This document shows, piece by piece, positions 12,201 to 25,360 of a stretch of 64,000 nt of DNA (within the stretch, counting starts at the first letter, position 1; every line of letters starts with the position of its first letter). The notes under the pieces are model-generated. The model ran no database searches. It worked only from the letters and a program-made list of their open reading frames with translations, and was not told where the DNA came from. A program made the translations under genes and the position numbers. The DNA is from Felis catus (lineage: Eukaryota): positions 83,392,001 through 83,456,000 of the forward strand of contig NC_058368.1 of the NCBI RefSeq assembly GCF_018350175.1. Reading direction: 5' to 3'.

Positions 12201-15200
12201 AATGTCAATGGACTAAATGCTCCAATGAAAAGACATAGGGTAACAGAATGGATAAGAAAACAAGATTCATCTATATCCTGTTTACAAGAGACCCACTTTA
12301 GACCTAAAGACACCTTCAGATTTAAAGTAAAGGGATGGAGAACCATCTATCATGCTAACGGTCAACAAAAGAAAGCCGGAGTATCCATACTTACATCAGA
12401 CAGTCTAGACTTAAAATAAAGACTTTATCAAGAGTTGAAGATCATTATATCATAATTAAGGGTCTATCCACCAAGAAGACCTAACAATTGTAAACATATA
12501 TGCGCCAAAAGTGGGAGCACACAAATACATAAATCAATTAATCACAAACATGAAAAAACTCATTGATAATAATACCATAATGTTAGGGGAGTTCAACACC
12601 CCACTCACAGCAATGGACAGATCACCTAATCAAAAAAAAAATAAATAAATAAACAAGGAAACAATGGCTTTGAATGACACACTGGACCAGATGGACTTAA
12701 CACATATATTCAGAACATTTCATACTAAAGCAGCAGAATATACAATCTTCTCCAGTGCACATGGAATGTTCTCCAGAATAGACCACATACTGGGACACAA
12801 GTCAGCCCTCAGCAAGTAAAAAAAAATATTGCGATCATACCGTGCATATTTTCATACCACAACACTATGAAACTTGAAATCAACCAAAAAAAAAAAAACT
12901 TGGAAAGGTGAGAAATGCATGGAGAATAGCGAACATCTGACTAAAGAATGAATGGACTAAGCAAGAAGTTAAAGAGGAAATTAAAAAGTATATGGAAGCC
13001 AATTAAAATGATAACACCACAACCCAAAACATCAGCAATGCAGCAAAGGCGGGCTTAAGTCAATTGTATATAGAAATCCAGGCCTTCCTAAAGACAAAGG
13101 AAAGATCTCAGATACACAACCTAACCTTATGCCTTAAAGATCTGGAAAAAGAACAGCAAATAAACCAACACCAGTAGAAGACAGAAAATAATAAAGATTA
13201 CAGCAGAAATTAATGCTATCGAAAACAAACAAACAAACAAACAACAACAAAACAGTAGAATAGATCAATTAAACCATAAGCTGGTTCTTTGAAAGAATTA
13301 ACAAAGTTGATAAACCACTAGCCAGTTTGATCAAAAAGAAAAAGTAAAGGGCCCAAAAATGAGATTGAGAATGAAAGAGGACAGATCACAGCCAACACAG
13401 TAGAAATAAAAATAATAACAAGAGAATATTATGAGCAATTATATGCCAATAAAATGGGCAATCTGGGAGAAATGGACAAATTCCTAGAAACATATACACT
13501 ACCAAAACTGAAACAGGAAGAAACAGAAAATTTGAACAGACCCATAACCAGTAAGGAAATAGATTAGTAATCAAAAATCTCCCCAAAAAACAAGAGTCCA
13601 GGGCCAGATGGCTTTACAGGGGAATTCTACCAGACATTTAAGGAAGAGTTAACATCTATTCACTTAAAGTCGTTCCAAAAATAGAATAGGAAGGAAAACT
13701 TCCAAGCTTTTTCTATGAAGCCAGCATTACCTTGATTCCAAAACCAGACAGAGACCCCATGAAAAAGGAAAACAATAGACCAATTTCCCTGATGAACAGG
13801 GATGCAAAAATCCTCAACAAGATATTAGCCAACTGAATCCAACAATACATTAAAAAAATACTCACCATGATAGGTGGGATTTATACCTGGGATGCAGGGT
13901 TGGTTCAGTATCCACAAAAAAAATCAATGTGATTCATCACATCAATAAAAGAAATTACAAGGACTAGATGATACTTCAATAGATGCAGAGAAAGCATCTG
14001 ACAAAACACAACATCCTTTCTTGATAAAAACCCTCAAAAAGTAGGGATTTAAAGATAAAACCTCAAGATCATAAAAGTCATACATGAAAGACCCAATGCT
14101 AATATCATCCTCAATGGGAAAAACTCAGATCTTTCACTCTAAGGTCAGGAACAAGACAGGGATGTCCACTCTCGCCACTGTTATTCAACATAGAATTAGA
14201 AGTCTTAGCCTCTGCAATCAGACAATATGAAGAAATAAAAGGCATCCAAATCGTCCAGGAGGAGGTCAAACTTTCACTCCTTGCATAGGACATGATACTC
14301 TATATGGGAAACCCAAAAGATTGCACCAAAAAACTTCTAGAACTGATTCATGAATTCAGCAAAGTTGCAGGATATAATATCAATGAACAGAAATAGGTTG
14401 CATTCCTATACACCAATATTGAAGCAACAGAAAGAGAAATCAAGGAATTGATCCCATTTACAGTTGCACCAAAACCATAAAATACCGAGGAATAAATCAC
14501 ACCAAAAAAGTGGTGAAAAACCTACACACTGGAAAGTATACCTTATGAAAGAAATTGAAGAAGACACAAAAAAATGGAAAAAGATTCCATGATCCTTGAT
14601 ATGAAGAAAAAATATTGTTAAAATGTCGATATGACCCAAATCAATCTACATATTCAATGCAGTCCCTATCAAAATAACAACAGCATTCTTCACACAGAGA
14701 TAGAACAAATAATCCTAAAATTTGTATGGAACCAGAAAAGACCCTGAATAGCCAAAACAATCTTGAAAAAGAAAACCAAAGGAGGCATCACAATCCCAGA
14801 CTTCAAGCTATACTACAAAGCTGTAATCATGAAGAAAGTATGGTACTGGTACAAAACAGACACTCAGATCAATGGAACAGAATAGAAAACTTAGAAGTGG
14901 ACCCACAAACGTATGGCCAAGTAATCTTTGACAAAGTGGGAAAGAATATCCAATGGAATAAAGATAGTCTCTTCAGCAAGTGGTGCTGGAAAAACTGGAC
15001 AGTGACATGCAAAATAATGAAACTGGACCACTTTTCACCACACACACAAATAAACTCAAAATGGATGAAAGACCTCAATGTAAGACAGGAAGCCATCCAA
15101 ATCCTCGAGGAGAAAGCAGGCAAAACCTCTTTGATCTTGGCCGCAGCAATTTCTTACTCAACTTGTCTCCAGAGGCAATGGAAACAAAAGCAAAAATGAA

Positions 15201-15217
15201 CTGCTGGGACCTCATCA
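9217..15217 (+). mobile_element. L1 with complete 5'UTR, ORF1 (about 11183-12049) and ORF2 (12165-15217), both disrupted; 3' end missing
   Basis: Starts ggggaggagccaagatggc. ORF1p fragments (EFRIIIIRILAG; MKAARDKKFLTYKGRQIRF). ORF2p endonuclease start MAINSYLSVLTLNVNGLN..CLQETH. RT-region DNA. No 3'UTR or poly(A). Confidence 0.95.
10640..10866 (-). mobile_element. Young felid SINE (SINEC_Fc type) inside the L1 5'UTR
   Basis: CpG-rich, nearly identical to 60929-61173. TSD-like tgtactatat at 10625-10634 and 10868-10877. Confidence 0.95.
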
Positions 15218-17136
15218 GAGAATTCCCAACAACAACAACAACAACAAGCAGGCCAACTGCAAGACATACTGTAGTTAAATTTAAAATATATTGATACTGA
15301 AAATACCTTAAAATCAACCAAACAAAGAAGTCCATAACACTCAAGGGAAAGTCTATAAGGATAGCTGGATATTTATTTACACAAACTAGGCAAACCAGAG
15401 GGAGTGACATGATATACTCAAAGTGCTGAAGAGGAAAAATCTGCATCCAGGAATACTCCATCCAGCATGGCTATCATTCAGAAAATAAGGATAGAGAAAG
15501 TTTTCTAACAAACAAAAGGTAAGGGTGTTTATGACCACTAAATCAGACATGCAAGAAATATTAAAGAGGACACTTTTAGTGGAAAGAGAACAAAAATGAG
15601 AATGATAAGAAAGGATCAGAGAAAATCTCCAGAAATAATGACAAAAGAAGTGTTAAAATAGCAATAAATACATATGTATCAATGAATACTCTGAATATAA
15701 ATGGACTATGTGCTTCAATTGAAATAAATAGGGTTTCAAATGTACAACAACAATAAAAGACCTATATGCTTCATACAAGACACTCATTTGAGCCCTAAAG
15801 GCACTAGAAGATTGAAATGAGGGGTGGAGACATTTATCACTCAAAAGGATGTCAAAAGAAGACTGGAGTAACAATATTTTTTTCAGAAAATTTTCACTTT
15901 AACAGAAGAGTGTATGAAGATACAAAGATGGACACTATATCAAATAAAAGGGACATCCAAAAAAGAGATTTAATAAATGTAAATATTTATGTACCAAATA
16001 TCAGAGTACCAAATACATTAAAAAAATTAATAACAAACAGAAAGGAACTGGTTGATAATACAATAATAGTATCAGAATTTTAACACCCCACTTACATCAA
16101 AGGCGAGATCATATAAAGAGAAAGTAAACAAAGAAGCAATGGCTATGAATTATACACAGGATCTGATGCACTTAACAGATAATCAGAACATTCCATCCTA
16201 AAACAGCATAATACACTTTCTTTCAAAGTTCATATGGTACAGTCTTCAGAATAAACCACATATTAGGACACAAATCAAGCCTCAATAAATAATAAAAAAA
16301 ATATATTGAAATCATACCGGGCATCTCTTCTGACCAAAATGCTATGAAATTTGATATTAAACACAAGAAAAAAATTTGAAAGGTCACAACTACAAGGAGG
16401 TTAAACAACATGCTACTAAACAATGAATTGGTCAAACAGGAAATAAAAGAGGATTTTTTTAATCACATGGAAACAAATGAAAATGAAAACACAATGGGCA
16501 TTACAAATGGCATGATATTATTTTTATGACTGAGTAATATTCCATTGTATTTATATACCACATCTTCTTGTCTATTCATCACTCAGTGGGCATTTGGGCT
16601 CTTTCCATAATTTGCCTATTATTTATAATGCTGCTATAAACACTAGGTTGCATGTGGATAGACCTAGAGTGTATTGTGCTAAGCTAAATCGGACAAAGAG
16701 AAATTCTATATGTTTTTCACTCATATGTGGAACTTAAGAAACAAAACAGCTGAATATAGAAGGAAGAAAAATAAAGAAAGCAAACCATAAGAGACTATGA
16801 ACTTTAGAGAACAATCTGAGGGTTGCTGGAGGGAAGGTGTGTGAGGGATGGGCTAAATGGGTGATGAGTATTAAAAAGGGCACTTGTGATGAGCACTAGA
16901 TGTTATAAGTAAGTGATGAATCACTAAATTATACTCCTGAAACCATAGTACATATAGATAAACTCAAATTTAAACAAAAACTTGAAAGAAAACACAATGT
17001 GCAAAACAAACAAACAAACATTGGGATGAAACAAATAATGGTCCTGAGAGGAAAGTATATAGTAATGCATGGATAATACAAGAAGTGTGAAAAATCTCAC
17101 ACAAACATCCAAAACTTATATTTAAAGGAGCTAGAA

Positions 17137-17172
<36 letters not shown>

Positions 17173-18340
17173 AGAAAGAAAGAAAGAAAGAAAGAAACAA
17201 CAAATGAAGTCTAAAGTCACCAAAAGGAAGAAAATAATAATGACTCGAGCAGAAATAAGTCATATAGAAATTTAAAAATAAACAATAGAACAGATAAATA
17301 AAACTAGGGACCGGTTCTTTGAAAAAGATAATAAAATTGATAAACTTCTTAGCATAACTTATCAAAATCAGAAGAGAAAACACCTAAAAGAACAAAACTA
17401 CAAATAAAAGAGGAAACATAAAAACCAACACCAGAGAAACATAAAAAATTATAAGAGAATGTTATGAAAATCTATATGCCAACATTTGGACAAATTGAAA
17501 AAAATGAATAAATTCCTAGAAACATATTAACTACCAAGACTAAAACAGGGAGAAATAGAAAACCTGAATAGAAATATAAACAGCAACAAAATGGAATCAG
17601 TAATAGAAACACTCACAACCTACAAAAGTCCAGGACCACATGACTTCACAGGCCAGTTCTACCAAATATTTAAAGAAGAGGTAATACTTATTCTTCTCAA
17701 ACTCTTACAAAAAATAGAAAAAGAATAAAACTTCTAAATTTGTTTTATGAAGCCAGAGTTAACCTGATACAAAAACCAGAGGAAGACTCCACTATATCAT
17801 CACTCCTCATGAACTTGGTTGCAAAAATTCTCAATAAAATATTAGCAACCTGAATCCAACAGTACATTGAAAGCATCATTCACCATGATCAAGTGGGATT
17901 TATTCCTGGGTTTTTAGGGTGGCTCAATTTTCACAAATCAATGAACGTGATACACCACATAAACAAAAGAAGAGTAATAACCATATTGTCTTTTCAGGAT
18001 GCAGGAAAAATATTTGACAAAGCACAAATCCCTTCATGATAAAAAACTCTCAAGAATTTGTGGAATTTCTCTCATATGTGGAATTTAAGAAACAAAACAC
18101 ATGAGCAGAGCCCCAAAAGAAGAGGGGGGGAGGGCAAACCAATGAATCAACTCTTAACTGTGGAGAACAAACTGATGATTACCAGAAGAGGGAGGGAGAG
18201 GGATGGGTTAAATGGTTAAATAGGTGATGGGGATGAGGATAAGGTGTGGCACTGAAGTGCTAAATCACTACATGGTACACGTGAAACTAATATTACACTC
18301 AATGATAACTAACTGCAATTTAAATGAAAACTTAAAAAAG
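15216..18340 (+). mobile_element. Older L1: ORF1 3' half, ORF2 5' half, then a jump to an L1 3'UTR (about 18057-18340)
   Basis: ORF1-like DNA (aagacatactgtagttaaattt), endonuclease-region DNA at 15650-16490, caccatgatcaagtgggatttattcctggg, then ctcatatgtggaatttaagaaac and an A-rich end. Confidence 0.85.
16497..16987 (+). mobile_element. Short 5'-inverted L1 3'-end insertion
   Basis: 16497 to about 16653 is antisense, and about 16654-16987 is sense 3'UTR. TSD gaaaacacaatg at 16485-16496 and 16988-16999. Confidence 0.88.
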
Positions 18341-20349
18341 CTAACTAGGATAAGTAAAAACTTCAGAAAAATTAAAATGGCAGTTTAGAGAAAAAAAAGT
18401 TGAAGGGGTTAGTGTGAGTCATCTGAAGGCTGAAATCCTAGAGGACACAGAATGCTCCAGTCTTCAAGTGTGGGCTTTACAAACAAAAATCATTGTCTGG
18501 AGAAACAATGTCATAGATAAAGGAGGGCATAAGAAAATGACCAATAGTTCCAGAACACATATAGAGAAAAGGGTTTAGAAGAATTGCTACTATCTTGTTT
18601 CCTGGTTTGTCTGAACTGCCTGGTACATGCTAAATACAACATAGTTGTATTAGTTTGAAAGCTAAAAAACAACCTTTAAAGCATTATTTTTGTCTGGGAG
18701 TGTACTTTATGGTTGATTTTAATTTTTTAAATACTATTATTTTTATTATTGAAATATAATTGACATACAATGTTATACTAATTTCAGGTGTACAGTATAT
18801 TAAGTTTTCTTTTTAATAGTTTGTGTTTTTATATTTTTCTATTATTACCACATCCACATTTAAATTATAAAACAATTACCCTAAAATGCAACATTAAAGC
18901 AACACTGACTACAGTGGAGTGACTATAGAAAGAGTACAATCAGTAATCTAATGAAGTGATTTAGAAAAAGATATATAAAGGAGATCCCTCAATTTTATTC
19001 TCAACTACAGTACTGATTAGTGGTTGAGAAAGATAAGATAACTAAATAAATACCCCTCACAATATTTTTGAAAATTGAATGAGGATATACACATACGTAA
19101 GAAAAATATTTTACAATACGAAAAAGTTATGGCCACATATAAACTGACATCTATTTCACAGATGAGATTTTATTGGTTATGGGGAAATTTGATATTACTG
19201 TTAATATTAGTTAAGATTTCCAATTTAATAATAAGAAATTATTTGAAAAAGACATGAGGAGAGAACCAGAACAGTGTAACAGAGACACCTGTTACCTTTG
19301 TTGTTGTTGTTGTTAGGTCTCTTAATTGCATTCTTCTTCAAAGTCCCAGAAGGAATTTTTCAACAACAAACCTCATCAACTCCCATGATGGGCATAGTAA
19401 AACCAGGATGATGTCACTCTCCTGTTTATCTTTACGCAGTTAATCATGGACACACTCTATTACCTATATGCATAAAGGCTGCAGCATCATCTCATGCTGA
19501 GTTTAATCCTGTAGAAAGAACTACAGGAACAAATGGATAATTATTGTTTTTGATTTGTTCTCCTTCTGTTACAAGTTATTAATTCTTGACCATATTTCCT
19601 GTTTTGTTTCCCTGTCATCTATTTTTATGAAGAAAAGCAAATGTGAGTTTAAAAAATTCAATGTAATTAACATAGTGTCATATTAGTTTCAGTTGTACAA
19701 TATCATGATTCAACAACTCTATACATTTCTCAGAGCTCACTAAGGTAAGTGTATCCTTAATCATCCTTTTTTGGTTGAATTGTTCATATAATCATTTACT
19801 GCAACATATCAGAAAGTGGCTTCTTTATTTTCATTTATTTATGGACACAAGAATATGCATGTCTCCTATATTATTGAATGATGTGTTTGTTTTATTGAAA
19901 CTGAAATTTTACAGAATAAATGAGACTGATTTTTCTTTAAGTGCAAACTATTTCTGGTAGTTAGAAAACTGAAACATTATATCAATTATATTTATGTTTC
20001 TTAGATGAAACCAACAATGATTGATTATTGCTAAATTGTAGACTGTGGAGGGAAGATTGTGTTCTAGAGAGCTAAGGCAATCTTATTGGCTCAGGGTTCT
20101 ATCACCTGAGTTGAGAGTGAGCTACAAATCGTCCCTCAGGTGAATTGTGTGATGATAGGCAGATACTCTGGAAATTTGAATTATTTAATTTGTAAAAGGA
20201 GAAAATGAGTTGATGAAGTACCTCATTGACTCCTGGGGAAGATAAATTATGGTGACACAATGAAACATTTCTGAGATGCTGTCAGCTTTAAGTAACGATA
20301 TGATATTCTATCACCAGTATTAAAAAAAGTTATAGTTTGAATATTTAAA

Positions 20350-20445
20350 AATATTTTTAGTAAACACTATGCACAACATGGGGCTCAAAATCATGACTCC
20401 AAGATCAAGAGTCACATGTCTACCACTGAGCCATCCAAGTGTCCC
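20350..20445 (-). mobile_element. Short old CanSINE
   Basis: ggggctcaaaatcatgactccaagatcaagagtcacatg...ctgagccatccaagtgtccc is the reverse complement of a tRNA-like SINE head. Confidence 0.8.
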
Positions 20446-20913
20446 TGCCATGACTATTAATAATTCCCCAATTTAAATATGCACTATTATATTTACATTA
20501 AACTCAAGCAATTGGATAGAAAAAAGTTAGAATGAAGAGGGTGGCCAGTTACTTTGCAAAGTAGAGACAGAATTCCATTGTCTGTTTGGTGTGTCAGGTA
20601 GACTGCTGAGTTTGGCTTGATCACAGTGACTCCCATTTACCAAAGTGCAACAGAGATTTGCTACATTTGGCCACATTGACTCAGACAGCAGATATGTTTT
20701 GCTTTTATTTGACTGTTTTAAAATTTTGTCCAGAGGTCAGCTTTCTTCTGCCAGTGGGGGAGATAAGTGACAACTGCTTTAGCACCCCAGAACATGGGAC
20801 TGTTATTAAGTTGAATATTGTAATTAGCCTTTGGAATCATTACAAGAGTACACAATGTTTTGAAAGTCAGACTTTATTCCTGAAATATCCCTGTATCATA
20901 ACCACTTCTAAAC

Positions 20914-21027
20914 TCTTCCTAGAGATAAAAGCAAATATTTATTTTTTTGTTGTTGGTAAGAAATTTTAAATCTTCCTAGAGATAAGAGCCAATATTTATT
21001 TTTTTGTTGTTGGTAATAACTTTTAAA
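20914..21027. repeat. 57-bp tandem duplication (2 copies)
   Basis: tcttcctagagataa...tgttgttggtaa..ttttaaa starts at both 20914 and 20971. Confidence 0.92.
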
Positions 21028-21190
21028 ATCGAAGATTTAACGTGTCAGTACTTAAAAAAATTGCAAAGGTTTGATTTCTAGAAGAGAAAATGTAGAAGCT
21101 ACTACTGATTCTTTTCAGAAACAACAGATCTATTTTACTTTTATTGTTCTTATTTATTTTGAGCTATTTTAAAATTCTACTTTAAATCTA

Positions 21191-21204
21191 TCTCTCTCTC
21201 TCCC

Positions 21205-21249
<45 letters not shown>

Positions 21250-21272
21250 AACTCACACTCACACTCACACAG
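21191..21272. repeat. (CT)n(CA)n compound microsatellite
   Basis: Direct reading. Confidence 0.9.
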
Positions 21273-22376
21273 ACACTATCTTTGCCTGAACTGTGACCTC
21301 ATTCAGTGTAATTGATTTTGTTTTACTTTGTCTTCAACATTTAACAGAGATGTAGGCTTTGAATAGCGAGATTTTAGGTGTGGGGGCAGGGAGTTGAATT
21401 GTAGTCAGAGACAAACTGAGTTTTGTTCAATTTTTTTGTCTACATCTCAGTTTCCATGAAAAGTTGGTTGTTATAGACAAAAAAGTAGATTGTGTTTGTA
21501 AAAACAACTAATGATTGGGAATGATCTTATAAATGCTAGCTCTTCTTCCTGAGATTTAGAACAAATAGTAGGAAATTTAAGTTGATGAAGTTAGAAAACA
21601 TAGAACTAAGACAGTATTCCCCATAAAGATCTGCTTAACTGGAGTAAAATAATAAATATTGATTATATATTTATTTATATATTCAGGTATATATATGTAT
21701 ATAATATGGGACTACAGAAATCATCAAATCCAAATTCTTATGTGTATGAATAGATACTAAATTGACAAACTTAATAATTCATTTTATATCATAAGATACA
21801 AATGGTAACTTCCATCTCTTACACAGATTCTGCATAATAATTACCATAGATATTAACTCTTTAAATTAATGATATATGTGCTTACTCTTCTGTAACTGGT
21901 AATGTCTAATCATTTTCATTGTTTTACATCATTTAATCCTGAACATACCTGAGATCTAACATTATTATCCTGTTTTTATGTAAAGTAGACAAAAGGATGG
22001 TGGGTAGAGGATAACCTGGATCCACAGTCACAGTCCAACCTCGAAGTTTGGGCTCCTAAGTTGATGACCCTAGGATATCTAAGGGGTTGGTCATTGGTGA
22101 GGACTCTGATCTGCTCCTTTGTATGCATGGATCACTCTGCACAACCACACAGCATCACAGCCTGGCCTGACTGAACAGATAATGATGGTTCAAAATTTGG
22201 TATAAGCATTCCCCAAGGTTTGTTTCAGTTACTTTCCAAATCTTTATTATATAGGATATACCTCTAAGAGTTTTTAAGATCCAGTTGGATCCTTAAACCA
22301 GAAACATTGATTCAGTTTTGAATTCCATAACAAAAAAACTCTATAAGATATTTTTGTCTTTATTTCAATAATTATC

Positions 22377-22428
22377 TTTTTTTAAGTTTATTTATTTTGA
22401 GATGAGACAGCGTGAGTAGGGAAGGGGC

Positions 22429-22478
<50 letters not shown>

Positions 22479-22602
22479 CAAGCAGGCTCTGTGCTATCAG
22501 CACAGAGCCAGGCACGAAGCTCAAACTCATGAAATGTGAGATCATCACCTGAGCCAAAACCAAGAGATGGATGCTTAACCAAATGAGCCACTGAGGTGCC
22601 CC
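22377..22602 (-). mobile_element. CanSINE with expanded (GA)n
   Basis: T-rich tail, (GA)n body, ends ...tgagccactgaggtgcccc. Confidence 0.93.
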
Positions 22603-22737
22603 TTACTTTTTGAGTTTTTATACAGCAGTGATTCTGAAAATTTTCCATACCTATAAGTAAACAACACTATCTATCATCAGGAAATTTCATGACCTTCCAC
22701 ATGAAACTTACTGTAAGTTACCAATATTTAAAAGTGT

Positions 22738-23790
22738 TTTTATTTTATTTGAGTGTACCTGACCCTCAATGTTATATTACTTTCAGGCATACAACATAAT
22801 GATTCAATAAGTTATATGTTATGCTGTACTCACAAGTGTAGCTTCCATCTGTCACTATACAATATTATTAAAATATCATTGACTATATTCCTTATGAAGT
22901 GCCTTTTTTTCCCTGCAACTTATTCATTTCATAACTGGAAGACTGTATCTCTCATTCCCTGTCACCCATTCAACCCAACACCACACAGCTCTCCCCTCTT
23001 ATAAACATCAGTTTCTTCTATTTCTGGGTTTCATACTGGGTTTTGTTTGTTTGTTTACTCACTCCTGATTTTAGATTCCACATAAGAAAGAAATAAATAA
23101 TACTTGTCTTTCTATCTGACTTCTATCACTTACCATGGTGGCTCAATCCATGTTGTAAAAAATGGCAGAAATCATCCACTATTATAGTGGCACACTATAC
23201 ACACACACACACAAACACACTATTCCTTCCTTACCCATTTGTATATTGATGCACACTTAAGCTGTTTCCATATATTGACTATTGTAAGTTAATGCTGCAA
23301 TATATGAGTGAATATTAAAATATACAATGGAATATTACTCAGCCACCAAAATGAATGCAATCTTGACATTTATAACGACATAGATGGAGCTGGAGAGTAT
23401 TACGCTAAGTGAAATAAGTCAGTCAGAGAAAGAGATATATCATATGATTTAATTCATATGTGGAATTTAAGAAACAAAACAAAGGGGGAAAAGGAGAGGC
23501 AAACCAAGAAACAGTATCTTTACTATAAAAACAAACATTTCTACTAGAGTGGAGGTGGGGGGGAGGAATGGGTGAAAAAATAGATGGAGACTAAGGACTG
23601 CACTTGTGATAAGCACCAGTTGTTATATGAAAATGTTGAATATTATATTGTACAGATGAAACTGATATTACACTGTGTGCTAATTACCTGGAATTTAAAT
23701 AAAAACTTTAAAAAAGTCATATGAAGATTTGGGTGTTGCATATAGCACTTTTGTTTTCTTTGGGGAAATGCATACCCAGTGGAATATTGA
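22738..23790 (-). mobile_element. Old L1 3' end (minus) with a nested plus-strand L1 3' end at about 23315-23716
   Basis: Antisense 3'UTR motifs (ttttagattccacata; gctgtttccatatattgactattg). The inner sense piece runs tatacaatggaatattactcagcc...ggaatttaaataaaaac. Confidence 0.8.
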
Positions 23791-23964
23791 GGTACTGATA
23801 TTTTTGACCCATGGTTTCAAATTCTTAGATATTTAGTAAATTTGTTCAATTACAAATAATTTATAGTCTTAAAATTTACAAGTCCTTGGAACTTTCCATT
23901 ATTAGCACACTGGGTTACTGTGTGTAAACATACACACGTGCACACACACACACACACACAAAAT

Positions 23965-23995
23965 CACTAAACATTTCTTTCTATTAACTCCACAG
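23965..23995 (+). promoter_or_regulatory. Probable splice acceptor for the OR coding exon
   Basis: Branch-like cactaa, pyrimidine tract catttctttctattaactc, CAG ending at 23995, 27 nt before the ATG. OR genes typically have this layout. Confidence 0.6.
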
Positions 23996-24022
23996 TTTTC
24001 CTTGTGATCCAGACGAAATTCA

Positions 24023-24997
24023 ATGGAAAACACCACTTGGGTGGTCAACCATACTGGACGATCAGATTTTGACCTAGTAGGACTCTTCAGTCAATATAAG
24101 TACCCAGCTCTCCTTTGTGTGATCGTCTTTGTGGTTTTCCTGATGGCCCTGTCTGGAAATATCATCCTGATCCTTGTGATATACTGTGATGCCCACCTTC
24201 ATAACCCTATGTACTTTTTTATCACCCAGTTGTCTTTCATGGATGTGATGTACATTTCTGTCACTGTGCCCAAGATGCTCATGGACCAGGTCTTGGGTGT
24301 AAATAAGATCTCAGCCCCTGAATGCGGGATGCAGATGTTTCTCTATTTGACATTAGGAGGTTCAGAAGTTTTCCTTCTAGCTGCCATGGCCTATGACCGC
24401 TATGTGGCCATCTGTCATCCACTCCTTTATCCTATCCTAATGAACCATAGGGTGTGTCTCCTCTTGGTCTCTTCTTCATGGTTTCTGGGATCTTTGGATG
24501 GATTTACTCTCACACCTGTCACCATGACATTCCCCTTCTGTAGATCCCGGGAGATCCACCATTTCTTCTGTGAGGTTCCTGCTGTAATGAAGATTTCCTG
24601 CTCAGACACTTCCCTCTATGAGACACTCATGTACTTATGTTGTGTTCTCATGCTCCTCATTCCTGTGACAGTCATTTCAAGCTCCTATTCTTTTATCCTC
24701 TTTACCATCCACAGGATGAACTCAGCAGTGGGACAGAAGAAGGCCTTTGCCACTTGTTCTTCCCACATGACTGTGGTCATCCTCTTCTATGGGGCTTCTG
24801 TCTATACCTACATGCTCCCCACCTCCTACCACACCCCTGAGAAGGACATGATTGTATCTTTTCTTTATACCATACTCACTCCTGTTCTAAACCCTTTAAT
24901 TTATAGTCTTAGGAATAAGGATGTCACAAGGGCTCTAAAAAGAATGTTAAATGTGGGTACTCTCAGGAAAATATTAGGTAGGAAATGTTTGTACTAA
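24023..24997 (+). CDS. Olfactory receptor, family 2 subfamily T (OR2T4/OR2T5/OR2T29-like), intact, 324 aa
   Basis: N-glycosylation sequons NTT and NHT. Motifs [49 protein letters not shown]. Segments [22 protein letters not shown] and SYHTPEKDM match recalled human OR2T4/2T5/2T29. Confidence 0.95.
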   Translation: MENTTWVVNHTGRSDFDLVGLFSQYKYPALLCVIVFVVFLMALSGNIILILVIYCDAHLHNPMYFFITQLSFMDVMYISVTVPKMLMDQVLGVNKISAPECGMQMFLYLTLGGSEVFLLAAMAYDRYVAICHPLLYPILMNHRVCLLLVSSSWFLGSLDGFTLTPVTMTFPFCRSREIHHFFCEVPAVMKISCSDTSLYETLMYLCCVLMLLIPVTVISSSYSFILFTIHRMNSAVGQKKAFATCSSHMTVVILFYGASVYTYMLPTSYHTPEKDMIVSFLYTILTPVLNPLIYSLRNKDVTRALKRMLNVGTLRKILGRKCLY

Positions 24998-25284
24998 TGT
25001 TTTTTTTTCTGTACTCTACATATTAAAATTTTAGGATTCCAAGCCAATATGAGAATGTTTCCTCATATTCTCATACCATGATGTGTAGTCACCCATTCAT
25101 CCTTTTTGGAGGAATTGTTTCCTTATATCAGAAAATTCTTTATTTAAAATATTTATGCAATTGTATTATATCCATGTTACATTTTTCTGAAACTTCCACT
25201 GTGATTCTGTTGAAGAATATTTATAGTCTTAAGAAATATGTAATAAAATATTTAGAAACCAAGATCATAATGTGCGCAACAGAT

Positions 25285-25302
25285 GAGAGAAAGAGAAAGC
25301 AT

Positions 25303-25347
<45 letters not shown>

Positions 25348-25360
25348 AGAGGTGGAGAGA
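25285..25360. repeat. (GA)n microsatellite
   Basis: Direct reading. Confidence 0.9.

Noticed and set aside
24983..24994. CaaX prenylation motif at the OR C-terminus (KCLY)
   Set aside because: The Cys is third from the end, not fourth.
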